Shown here one piece after another: positions 18,461 through 26,989 of a stretch of DNA of 64,000 nucleotides. The stretch comes from a virus. Lineage: Duplodnaviria > Caudoviricetes. The notes beneath the pieces were generated by a model. That model was not told where the DNA came from. It worked only from the letters and a program-made list of their open reading frames with translations, and did no database searches. The translations under genes were made by a program, and so were the position numbers. The stretch lies in IMG/VR virus record IMGVR_UViG_3300027365_000007; one strand, 5' to 3'. Within the stretch, counting starts at the first letter, position 1. Every line of letters begins with the position of its first letter.

Positions 18461-19399
18461 ATGAAGATAAACGATATACTAAACGAAGCTTTTACTGATA
18501 TTTCCGAAGATAAATTTGAGAAACTTTTAACCACCAAGTTTTCACAAGCTTGGAATCATTACATAAAAACGGGAAATGCAATATTTCGTCACGATGATTC
18601 AGCTAGTGGGTATGATCCAGATTTGGTGGCTAAGTTTGCAACACCATTGAAAAATAGAGAAGCAGCATTTGCTTATAGTAATCTTCATAATGAATATATC
18701 AATAATGGCTCTCAATGGTCTGCATTTCCCAAACGTGCTGTCATTGGTGGATCTAATGCAGATATTGCACGTCGTCGTGGTAGTCCTTCCGGGGTTTATT
18801 TAATACTTCCGGTTAATAACACTCCTATTGGTTTATGCCCACAACACGATATATGGGCATCGTTCGAAAACATTCATGAGATCATGGACAGTGAACCCGA
18901 CATGCAAGTGCTTAACAACTTCTATCGACATCCTTTGTTTATGTTTGCCGAAGCAATAGAATACGTTTTAGACTTTAAATTCTATTCATGGTTAAAAGAT
19001 TCTGGTGGAAGTTATGATAGTTATCGAGATGAACTACGTAACTTTGATGCGTTACTGGATGGCGTAAAAAGACAAGATTACGATGAGGTTGTTGAGTATT
19101 ATGATATCTCTCAGAAACGCGTATTAGATGATGTAGAAGTCGTTAGATGTATCTTTGGGTATGATTACAATGGGGATATGATATCAGAACAATTGCATAA
19201 TTTTTGTTTAGCAGTAAGAAAGAATGGTTTGACAAAAACAATGGATTGGTTATTCTCTCCTAAAAACTTTCAGGTAGGAAAGATAGAAGATGTAATTACC
19301 GATCAAAATGATGATAACGAAGTATGGTTTGATAGCTCTTATCTAATGATACCTTACGTGCATCTTGAAGACTTCTACTATAAATATCAAAATCTATAA
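18461..19399 (+). CDS. ART-fold paralogue E with leader MKINDILNE
   Basis: IFRH...FPKRAVIGG...LILP.N.TPIGLCP..DIWASF...NEVWF; aligns with 7401..8603. Confidence 0.55.
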   Translation: MKINDILNEAFTDISEDKFEKLLTTKFSQAWNHYIKTGNAIFRHDDSASGYDPDLVAKFATPLKNREAAFAYSNLHNEYINNGSQWSAFPKRAVIGGSNADIARRRGSPSGVYLILPVNNTPIGLCPQHDIWASFENIHEIMDSEPDMQVLNNFYRHPLFMFAEAIEYVLDFKFYSWLKDSGGSYDSYRDELRNFDALLDGVKRQDYDEVVEYYDISQKRVLDDVEVVRCIFGYDYNGDMISEQLHNFCLAVRKNGLTKTMDWLFSPKNFQVGKIEDVITDQNDDNEVWFDSSYLMIPYVHLEDFYYKYQNL

Positions 19400-19437
19400 A
19401 TAATGCATATAATATCTAAATTATTTGGAGAAAAACC

Positions 19438-20089
19438 ATGGGTATAAAACCATACAATGTTATCATGGAATCAGTTCGCTTTCGAACTATTAAAACTATT
19501 TCATTTGCTATAAAAACTAATCGTGATTTATCTACACTTTTTCCTGCGTTCTGTGACAGTACAAGCTCTGGAATTTCTAAGTTTAGTTTTAACATGGGTC
19601 AAGACCCGTTTATAGGCGATACATATGGATTTTTACCATATGATACGAATTATTCAAGCTCTAAACTTTTAGGGAACTACACTACTGAAGGGACAAATAA
19701 TGAAGTTATTGTCCCAGACAATCTTAATACTATTGTATATGATCACAATTATAACAGTGGAAAATATTATTTTGAGATTAATATAGAAGACGAAGGACGT
19801 TATGGATCGGTTGGACTTTCGCCTAGTAGTGGTGACGACTTTCGTATAGTCGAGCATGGCGTTGGGCTATCTGCTATAGGATATGCAGTAGATTACTTGA
19901 CCTATAGATGTAAGGGTGAGTGAAAAAGGTGGTTACTACAGTTCTGATGACCTTGAGTACAAATTCACAAACTATGATGTGACAACAGGCGATGTCTTAC
20001 AAGTCTTTATAGATTATGACTCAAATAACATTACTATAAAAAAGGTTGGTACTGTAAAAGAAGATCATTTAAATTATAAAGATATTTAA
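19438..20089 (+). pseudogene. SPRY-like domain late protein with a +1 frameshift at 19901-19920
   Basis: GKYYFEINI...GSVGLS in frame 1; the C-terminal SPRY half GDVLQVFIDYDSNNITIKK is in the next frame, ending TAA 20089. Confidence 0.55.
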
Positions 20090-20119
20090 ATAACTTATTT
20101 ACTCTTTACATAAACGTTT

Positions 20120-20147
20120 ATAATGAGGTCAAAAACGACCTCATTAT
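20120..20147. terminator. Bidirectional terminator
   Basis: ATAATGAGGTC-aaaaac-GACCTCATTAT between convergent genes. Confidence 0.8.
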
Positions 20148-20154
20148 TTTTATA

Positions 20155-20391
20155 TCACCCTTCGTAATTAAATAAATACTTTGTTTCACATTCTAGGAAT
20201 GCTTTAATGATTGGAAATACTTGATTAGGGTTCAACTGTCCTCTTCCTTCTCTCATGACATTTGCCATAAGAACACGTTCATCATATGGGCCGTCGTAAA
20301 AATTCGTCCTTAAATATTCAGATACTTTTTCTCCTAGTTCTTTTTGGTAATCGTCTAACGTTTTATCAATATTGATATGAATCATATCCAT
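20155..20391 (-). CDS. Hypothetical protein; C-terminus resembles the GatB/YqeY end motif
   Basis: LMANVMREGRGQLNPNQV. Confidence 0.5.
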   Translation of the reverse strand: MDMIHINIDKTLDDYQKELGEKVSEYLRTNFYDGPYDERVLMANVMREGRGQLNPNQVFPIIKAFLECETKYLFNYEG

Positions 20392-20861
20392 TCTCCTGTA
20401 ATACTTTGGCGACGTGTGAACAAGTCTAACTTGCGATATTCTTCCGGGTATTTAATTTTGAACTTATGGTAAGCTTTTTGGGTTTTAAATTGGATATGGA
20501 AGACGTTGCATAGTACATCAAGTTTGAAATAGTAACCTGTTATTTTTTTGGGATCAACAATCGGTTTATAATACAATTCAATATCTTTTTCTTTAGATAT
20601 GAAAGGTAATGCTTCGTTGATTATGAAAGAATGTAATGCATTATTAACCATTTCTATAACGTCTTCGTTCGGAATTATAGAAATGTAGTTACTATCGTTT
20701 GTGTAATGTTTTATTGGCTTTGAAAGATCACTTGTTAATACCGTTTTGTATAACCTTAAGGTATCATCCTCAATGCCCAAAACATTGTCAAAGTAATCAA
20801 TAACTTTATGTAACTCAATCATATTCATTGATGTGATGCTTTTGTAATAATTATTATTCAT
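20382..20861 (-). CDS. Hypothetical protein, F..N.FKL..P family
   Basis: FHIQFKTQKAYHKFKIKYPEEY. Confidence 0.65.
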   Translation of the reverse strand: MNNNYYKSITSMNMIELHKVIDYFDNVLGIEDDTLRLYKTVLTSDLSKPIKHYTNDSNYISIIPNEDVIEMVNNALHSFIINEALPFISKEKDIELYYKPIVDPKKITGYYFKLDVLCNVFHIQFKTQKAYHKFKIKYPEEYRKLDLFTRRQSITGEWI

Positions 20862-20867
20862 TGGTTA

Positions 20868-21305
20868 TCATTCTTTTCTTTTGATACGATCATATAATTC
20901 AGGGTTGATCAATTTCAATTTGTTTAGTGTCGATTGATCTTCAAATAGTATACGGACTTTTACATGTCGTTTTATCATATCGGTTGTTGGGAAATAAACA
21001 GACCTTCCATTTACCGATTTTCTGAGGCATTCAACAATAAATTTACAGTTTAAGCCTTTAAAGCGAGCTTTACATTTATCAATTACATACATACTGATTA
21101 TGTTATCAACACTATTGAGATCTTTTCTTGTGAAATCACTAGGGTTGCAATTGTATATCGTGTTTTTCATATCACGTTCAACATCTTCTGACAGAAGAAT
21201 AGCTTCGTATTTCTCATTCATTTCATCACTAATATCTATACCATCCATGTATTCTAAAATATCGAATACCGATATTATCTCTGTCAGCCAATAGTTTAAC
21301 ATCAT
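20868..21305 (-). CDS. Hypothetical protein, F..N.FKL..P family
   Basis: VRILFEDQSTLNKLKLINPELY. Confidence 0.65.
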   Translation of the reverse strand: MMLNYWLTEIISVFDILEYMDGIDISDEMNEKYEAILLSEDVERDMKNTIYNCNPSDFTRKDLNSVDNIISMYVIDKCKARFKGLNCKFIVECLRKSVNGRSVYFPTTDMIKRHVKVRILFEDQSTLNKLKLINPELYDRIKRKE

Positions 21306-21306
21306 G

Positions 21307-21861
21307 TTACTCTACGTCAGCATCCCTGTATTTCAACATTGCCCAGCGTCCACTTAATGTCTTAGGTAATTCAACCTCATGCGCTTCTTTAATAGTGAAT
21401 GGGCGATTCTTCACCTTACTGAAAAACTCACCTTCATGACCCATCACAGGATTGCCTAGTACAACTTTTTCACCTTTTGGTGGAAAAGCATCAGGGTTAT
21501 CACTAACACCCAACAAGTATCCCTTCTTGCCATGAGGTTTTAGGAACACACTATCCTGATCATACAGTTCGCCGTATTCAGGTAGTTTTACAAATATACT
21601 AGGACTTTTATCGGTTTGAACTACAAAGAAACTTTCTTCTTTAACCTCACGTTCATTCTCAGTACCATAATTCTCAATGTAAGAGCCATGGATACGTGTT
21701 ACATCAAAACCATCACTCAGTAGTTTTGCTTTAAGTGATAAGCTATTAAGCTTATTTTGCGAGGCATTTTTATCCCCACGATAAGCACTAATCATACCTG
21801 TATCATATGACTCGAACTTACTTCTAATTCGATTTAGACTTTTCTCATTTAGTGTTTGCAT
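21307..21861 (-). CDS. Late protein with leader MQTLNE (T4-like phage hypothetical family)
   Basis: LNE-KSLNR, ISAYRG, GSYIE, EESFFV, YDQDSV; AATAAATA upstream. Confidence 0.65.
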   Translation of the reverse strand: MQTLNEKSLNRIRSKFESYDTGMISAYRGDKNASQNKLNSLSLKAKLLSDGFDVTRIHGSYIENYGTENEREVKEESFFVVQTDKSPSIFVKLPEYGELYDQDSVFLKPHGKKGYLLGVSDNPDAFPPKGEKVVLGNPVMGHEGEFFSKVKNRPFTIKEAHEVELPKTLSGRWAMLKYRDADVE

Positions 21862-21883
21862 TTATATATCCTTTTAGATATAT

Positions 21884-22213
21884 TTATTTAATACATTCAT
21901 TGAGAAGATTTTCAATAACAGATGGTTTTTTAGCCATAAAGTATTTTGAATAGTATGATTCCATACCACGTTTACCTACTAGTGGAAAACTCCATCCGCT
22001 GTGTGGTGATTCGTTCATTCCGATAACCTTACCATCTTCGAGTAGAGCCCAGACATTTACATTGCGATAGTTTTTATGTGGGAATGGATACTCATGACCG
22101 TAAAAAGATTCCACAATCTTTTTATGTCCATGCTTTTCAAGAAAAGCATAAAATTCTCCATGGGCTTGTTCTGGAACAAATTCGTTCACTGTGTTGGCAC
22201 CGTACATAAGCAC
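21884..22213 (-). CDS. Hypothetical protein (109 aa)
   Basis: RBS GAGGA. Confidence 0.65.
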   Translation of the reverse strand: MLMYGANTVNEFVPEQAHGEFYAFLEKHGHKKIVESFYGHEYPFPHKNYRNVNVWALLEDGKVIGMNESPHSGWSFPLVGKRGMESYYSKYFMAKKPSVIENLLNECIK

Positions 22214-22240
22214 AATCCTCTAAATGTTTAATGTCAAATA

Positions 22241-22732
22241 TTATCGATCTGTAGATATGCCGCAAAATATACATCTGTCATCATGTTCTTCTAATGCATG
22301 TTCCAGTGTATAGTTCTTAAGATAAAACTTAGAACCATTATTAAGTTTTACATAATATCCATCTTCGTCATTGTAACTAAACGCATGACAAGACTCGTCA
22401 GGACTTTTTAAGCAACGTGGGCCGAAATATTCATTACATATCAAACAATGTGTTTCATCATATGCAAATGATTCCAGTGTTTGTTCTTGTATATATTTTT
22501 TTTGTTTCGGAGTTAATGGCATAAAGAAATGGTCACAATCATTTTTTAACCCTTCTAATTCGCACTGAAGCTCTTTGATACGTTTTTCAGTATCAAGAAT
22601 TTTCATGTGCTTGTCATAATTTTCTTTGGATAAGATTTTATCAAGGTTCTCATACATATCGTTACTCTTTAACAATATAGTTTTTGTCGCTATGATCCAT
22701 TCCGTAGAAGGATGATAGGTCAGGTAGAACAA
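22241..22732 (-). CDS. Cys/His-rich hypothetical protein (true start probably the internal MYENL)
   Basis: CDH...CLIC...C...CH...CIFC. Confidence 0.55.
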   Translation of the reverse strand: MFYLTYHPSTEWIIATKTILLKSNDMYENLDKILSKENYDKHMKILDTEKRIKELQCELEGLKNDCDHFFMPLTPKQKKYIQEQTLESFAYDETHCLICNEYFGPRCLKSPDESCHAFSYNDEDGYYVKLNNGSKFYLKNYTLEHALEEHDDRCIFCGISTDR

Positions 22733-22976
22733 AACTATCTTTGTTATGAAAAATATTTGGAATTTTCTTATAAGGTACGTTCACGCCCAATAGACGCAGG
22801 ATATCCCTCAGCAGTGATCTTTGATATAAATATTCATCATCGTTAGTTGCAAAACTTTACTATCTTTCAATAACTCATTTTTGGCGTCATTCATACTTCC
22901 ACCAAACATTTCCTGATAGTCTCTGATAGTTTGTGCTGTTACTTTATATCGCTTAATATACCATCTCAACTTCATA

Positions 22977-23237
22977 TTATTCCCTCATGTATTTTATTCT
23001 GTTAGCACTTTCTTTGAATGTTTCTCTAAAAACCGCACCATCGTTACATTTGACACCAACAATTAAATGTTCAGAGTTATAATCGATAGTTATAACTCTG
23101 TAGTAAAACAAAGAAATACCATCATTCCTACTACACAAATCTTTTACTCTCTCATATTCAGAATAATCAATTGGTGTACTACCACCACAACCAGATAAAA
23201 TTATTACTAACAATGAGATTAATACTATCTTTTTCAT
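22977..23237 (-). CDS. Lipoprotein
   Basis: Signal MKKIVLISLLVII plus lipobox LSGC. Confidence 0.75.
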   Translation of the reverse strand: MKKIVLISLLVIILSGCGGSTPIDYSEYERVKDLCSRNDGISLFYYRVITIDYNSEHLIVGVKCNDGAVFRETFKESANRIKYMRE

Positions 23238-23246
23238 AGGGAGCCC

Positions 23247-23684
23247 TCAGCTTGAATGTCTTTGAAAATATTGACTATTTACCTTAATCGTCTCCAATAA
23301 TTCTGGATTAGATAATTTATAATGATTTAAAGAATCACAATCTTTAAATGCAATATCTACCATAATGGTATTGTTAATCCCCCAACCAATTATACGGTTC
23401 TGTGGTAAACTATAAATTAAGTCAATATTATTACGTTTTATATTGAATATTTCTTTTCTTAAGTAATGATCAATAATTTCTTCTATAGCGGTAAGATGCC
23501 TTTTCATAAACCCACAATCAATAGGTTGCTCACTTAAACTAAAATCTATATAGGAGGCATGTAGAGCGGTGTCTATAGATTTGAGATCGTTATGATCATA
23601 ATCATAATTAGTCTTTACGAAATTCATTATATCTATAATACTAAGACTTAGTATAATGGCGTAACGTTTATAATGATCGGACAT
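23247..23684 (-). CDS. Hypothetical protein, F..N.FKL..P family
   Basis: VDIAFKDCDSLNHYKLSNPELL. Confidence 0.65.
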   Translation of the reverse strand: MSDHYKRYAIILSLSIIDIMNFVKTNYDYDHNDLKSIDTALHASYIDFSLSEQPIDCGFMKRHLTAIEEIIDHYLRKEIFNIKRNNIDLIYSLPQNRIIGWGINNTIMVDIAFKDCDSLNHYKLSNPELLETIKVNSQYFQRHSS

Positions 23685-23703
23685 TATTTTTTCAACCCGC
23701 GTT

Positions 23704-24150
23704 CTAACATTTTCCTATCATATTCTTTTTCTGAGTTTCATAATCAATAAAGGATTGATAAGCTCTAGGTTTTTTAATTTTAAAATAATTCAATGATTGT
23801 TCTGTAGGGAATTTCACATTCACAACACAGTCAATGTGGGTCATACTGATTAATTCCCAATCATGATATATTGAGTACGAAATTACTACATCACCTTCAG
23901 AAAGACCCAAACGCGTTAATACAATAGATCGAAACCATTTTTGTGCGGGTAATACATATTCAGGCATATAGTTGTCTAGGAAGTACTTTTCAATATCCTG
24001 ACCGCTAAGGATACCATAGAGCGTTCTATCTTCTATCATATCCATGAATCTATCAATATTATCTTTATCAAGATTTTGATCTTGTAGGAATTTGGAAATA
24101 AATTCCTTAGAGATACTGAGCGTAAAAGTAAATTCTCTATAGTATTCCAT
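23704..24150 (-). CDS. Hypothetical protein, F..N.FKL..P family
   Basis: VNVKFPTEQSLNYFKIKKPRAY. Confidence 0.65.
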   Translation of the reverse strand: MEYYREFTFTLSISKEFISKFLQDQNLDKDNIDRFMDMIEDRTLYGILSGQDIEKYFLDNYMPEYVLPAQKWFRSIVLTRLGLSEGDVVISYSIYHDWELISMTHIDCVVNVKFPTEQSLNYFKIKKPRAYQSFIDYETQKKNMIGKC

Positions 24151-24373
24151 ACAAATTATGTTTCAAAGAAGTAAATGCATAAATGTTTGAACTCTGTTTT
24201 ATTGATTTTCACCGTTCTTTATTTTGTCGTGAATTTTAACGTAAGTGTGTTTGCTTTGAATATACATTGGGGTCATCAATATGGTCTTCAATTTTAACCA
24301 TATCTTCATCTTTAATCCACCCATGAGTATATCGGCTTTTACGTGCGTTCATTACACGACTCATTATACACCC

Positions 24374-24784
24374 TTATTGATAAATATCAAACGTTTTCTG
24401 ATTACCATTAGCGAAATGAATAATAGATTTTACATTATCAGCTAAAGCGTAATCAGGAGCCATTATGATTTCTTCTTTAGAATAAACAGTAATCTTCTCG
24501 TCTTCTACAGTAATGGCATCATGAATATTGTTCACAACTGCCTTAAATACAAAAACAGTGTAGTCCTTTCCATGGATATTGCCAATCATCACCGGCTCAA
24601 TATCAAGATCACATTCTTCTTTTGCTTCTCGGACCATTGCATCTACTACTTTTTCACCAAATTCAACTTTACCACCCACGAAGGTGGTTTTACCTTTTAG
24701 AAACTCGGGGCGATTTTTACTGATCATCACATACTCTTCGTGAGACGGATCAGTGATAACACTCATGACATAAGTCATAGCCAT
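24374..24784 (-). CDS. Nudix hydrolase
   Basis: Intact Nudix box GGKVEFGEKVVDAMVREAKEECDL. Confidence 0.88.
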   Translation of the reverse strand: MAMTYVMSVITDPSHEEYVMISKNRPEFLKGKTTFVGGKVEFGEKVVDAMVREAKEECDLDIEPVMIGNIHGKDYTVFVFKAVVNNIHDAITVEDEKITVYSKEEIIMAPDYALADNVKSIIHFANGNQKTFDIYQ

Positions 24785-24794
24785 AATACATTCC

Positions 24795-25160
24795 TTAACA
24801 TAGTAATTTCAATTTTTTCAAGTCGTCGCCGATATCATCTTCATGAATTGGACCGATGCCCAAACATGTAACGGTAGGTTCGTTAAAAACTGTAAACCCT
24901 GCGTCTTTAATGAATGCTACGCCACAAACATCGTAATACGCCCTCAGAAGCATTTCAAGCTCTTTTTCGGTCTCGACAACACAGGTGATCTTCTTAGCGT
25001 GTGTACTGTCCATGTACGCCTGTGCAGCCTCTGGGAATCGCTTTTGTGCATCCCACCATGAATGAAGATACGCATGTCCTGCCTGAGAGCAGAGTTTACC
25101 ACGATTACCATTCATCTTCTTAAGTGCTTCTTTAGAAACAATACAATAAATCTTTTGCAT
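24795..25160 (-). CDS. pth2: Peptidyl-tRNA hydrolase type 2
   Basis: M..NRGKLCSQAGHA, KKIT, IKDAGFTVF.EPTVTCLGIGP. Confidence 0.9.
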   Translation of the reverse strand: MQKIYCIVSKEALKKMNGNRGKLCSQAGHAYLHSWWDAQKRFPEAAQAYMDSTHAKKITCVVETEKELEMLLRAYYDVCGVAFIKDAGFTVFNEPTVTCLGIGPIHEDDIGDDLKKLKLLC

Positions 25161-25169
25161 GATTAGACC

Positions 25170-25382
25170 CTAAAGTATATGCGAATATGTCACTCCGAAT
25201 GCCACAAATAGCAGAATAAGAAGTGCAATGAATATCAAGATGAATGCACCATGCATCATGTTCTCAACATATTTATTTGAGTATTCGCTATAATAGGCAA
25301 TGAAACGTATTGCTTTACCAATTAGAGGTAATACTACAAATATGACAAACAAAATTGTTAGAAAAGACGATAAGATATACAT
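25170..25382 (-). CDS. Small two-TM membrane protein
   Basis: Two hydrophobic segments. Confidence 0.6.
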   Translation of the reverse strand: MYILSSFLTILFVIFVVLPLIGKAIRFIAYYSEYSNKYVENMMHGAFILIFIALLILLFVAFGVTYSHIL

Positions 25383-25383
25383 G

Positions 25384-25755
25384 CTATTGCCTTTTACCTT
25401 TGAAAATTTTCTTTAAAAAACTTTTAATACGCGTAATAAAGAATAGATCACCTATTCCTTCATTTACATATACAACCTCTGGCGCTTCTACGGTTTTATC
25501 TACCATATTGTTATCCGTTGAGTTCTCGGGTACAAAGGCAGGCGACTGCGTGTCTACACCATAGATCCAACCACCTTCAACACGCATGACTTTGATGTAG
25601 TTGGGGTGAATCCCGACACCAATATCATATCTTCTAGTAGTGGTCCCAATTTGCAACATCATCGTTTCATGAAGCTTTAGGTCGTAAATGGTTTTATCAC
25701 TATTACCACTTTTACCATGACGCCAATAGGTATCAATGCCGGGATTCATAGTCAT
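25384..25755 (-). CDS. Hypothetical protein (123 aa)
   Basis: ORF in operon. Confidence 0.6.
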   Translation of the reverse strand: MTMNPGIDTYWRHGKSGNSDKTIYDLKLHETMMLQIGTTTRRYDIGVGIHPNYIKVMRVEGGWIYGVDTQSPAFVPENSTDNNMVDKTVEAPEVVYVNEGIGDLFFITRIKSFLKKIFKGKRQ

Positions 25756-25756
25756 A

Positions 25757-26323
25757 TTATTTCCCCTGTTGTTGTTTCTTAAGATCTTCCTTGAGTTTCT
25801 TAAGTGTAGATTTATATGTCTGTTTTACATGATCAAAGTCAAGTTCGCTATCTTTGATTGGATCAAGATCGATATAGATCTCTGGTTCACGATTCATACG
25901 ATGGATAACAAGATGTTTCATAACGTTAATGGTTTCCATCATGACTTTGAAATAATCTTCGTTAAGAACGGTAGAACGTTGTAGAAAATCTTCCATAGCT
26001 TCATTATTCTTAACTTTCTTAGCTTCCTTAGTGATCTGTTGGGAAAGAAAGTCATATTCAGCAAAATATTTTGCGGCGGCAGCATATGACTTATTGTACA
26101 CTGCGTTTTCAAGAACAAATAGTAGATTTGTCTTGATCTGGGTCATACGCACTTGCATAGGGTAGATAACATTGGATACAGGTTCGATCTCTTTTACAAG
26201 CTTTGTTCTTTTTTTATGATTTGGCTCATCATCCATACGAACGATAATATTTTCGGACATTTGCTCATCAATTGTTTTGATAAGGGATGTCGCAGCTTGA
26301 TAGTTTTCAATGTTATGTTTCAT
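25757..26323 (-). CDS. Hypothetical helical protein (188 aa)
   Basis: RBS GAGGG. Confidence 0.7.
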   Translation of the reverse strand: MKHNIENYQAATSLIKTIDEQMSENIIVRMDDEPNHKKRTKLVKEIEPVSNVIYPMQVRMTQIKTNLLFVLENAVYNKSYAAAAKYFAEYDFLSQQITKEAKKVKNNEAMEDFLQRSTVLNEDYFKVMMETINVMKHLVIHRMNREPEIYIDLDPIKDSELDFDHVKQTYKSTLKKLKEDLKKQQQGK

Positions 26324-26397
26324 ATATATATACCCTCAAATGATGATAATTTAACATTATTATACCTTATCAAATTTTCAATGACAAGGTGTGATTT

Positions 26398-26541
26398 TGG
26401 GGATGGCGGGGATTCGAACCCCAACCCGGAGATAGCCATTATTTGGTTGTACGGGCCAAAAACTGACACCTCGGGGCTTGTATTGCAAATGTTTCATAGA
26501 CCGGCTAAAACATAGACAACACGCAGACCGTCTCACCATCC
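26398..26541 (-). ncRNA. tRNA-like 144-nt RNA (acceptor stem, D-arm and T-arm; no canonical anticodon loop; large insert)
   Basis: 5' GGATGG pairs with 3' CCATCC; D-stem AGAC/GTCT; T-arm GGGG-TTCGAAT-CCCC; ends ...CCCCA. Confidence 0.7.
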
Positions 26542-26551
26542 ATATTGTATT

Positions 26552-26581
26552 ATTGTATCATGAATAAAGTTGCTACTGCAA
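26552..26581 (-). promoter_or_regulatory. Promoter for the tRNA-like RNA
   Basis: TTGCAG-18 nt-TACAAT with extended -10 (TGATACAAT). Confidence 0.55.
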
Positions 26582-26635
26582 TACCTTTTCTAAGTGCATC
26601 CAAAGCCTTTTGATGAGAATCGAGTGGAACTAACA

Positions 26636-26989
26636 TTATACATTTCCTCCAATTACCATTGAGTATCGTGCGTAAAGACCTTCTAATTCAGGAACGGTGA
26701 ACCAGAAGTTATGTTCGACTGTGGAAATACATTTACATTTCCCACATTCTTCCCAATAAAGAATGTACGTTTTGTCACGATCAATTGGCACAGCTTTTTT
26801 CTGTGCACTAATAAACGCAACTTCGCGATATCCCAACTCATGTTCACAACGCTTTTTCCAAATCTCAAGACATTGCTTGCACAACGATGTTGGATATCTC
26901 ATTACTTTATAGTCAGGATGTTCTGAACATCTTTTTATATTACCATATTCGTATTCGGTTTCAAACATATCGATCCCCTTGTGGCTCAC
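26636..26989 (-). CDS. Cys-rich hypothetical protein
   Basis: CSEH...CKQC; CEH...CGKC. Confidence 0.6.
   Translation of the reverse strand: MSHKGIDMFETEYEYGNIKRCSEHPDYKVMRYPTSLCKQCLEIWKKRCEHELGYREVAFISAQKKAVPIDRDKTYILYWEECGKCKCISTVEHNFWFTVPELEGLYARYSMVIGGNV

Noticed and set aside
22706-22716. 11-nt match (AGAAGGATGAT) complementary to the sRNA loop
   Set aside because: On the non-transcribed strand of a minus-strand region, and a short match is expected by chance
26153-26515. Plus-strand 120-aa ORF
   Set aside because: Antisense to a real gene and to the tRNA-like RNA; no RBS or motifs
26398-26541. Canonical tRNA or functional tmRNA call
   Set aside because: No 7-nt anticodon loop with U33, too long for a tRNA, and no G3-U70 pair or tag ORF with a stop. 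Kept only as a tRNA-like RNA.
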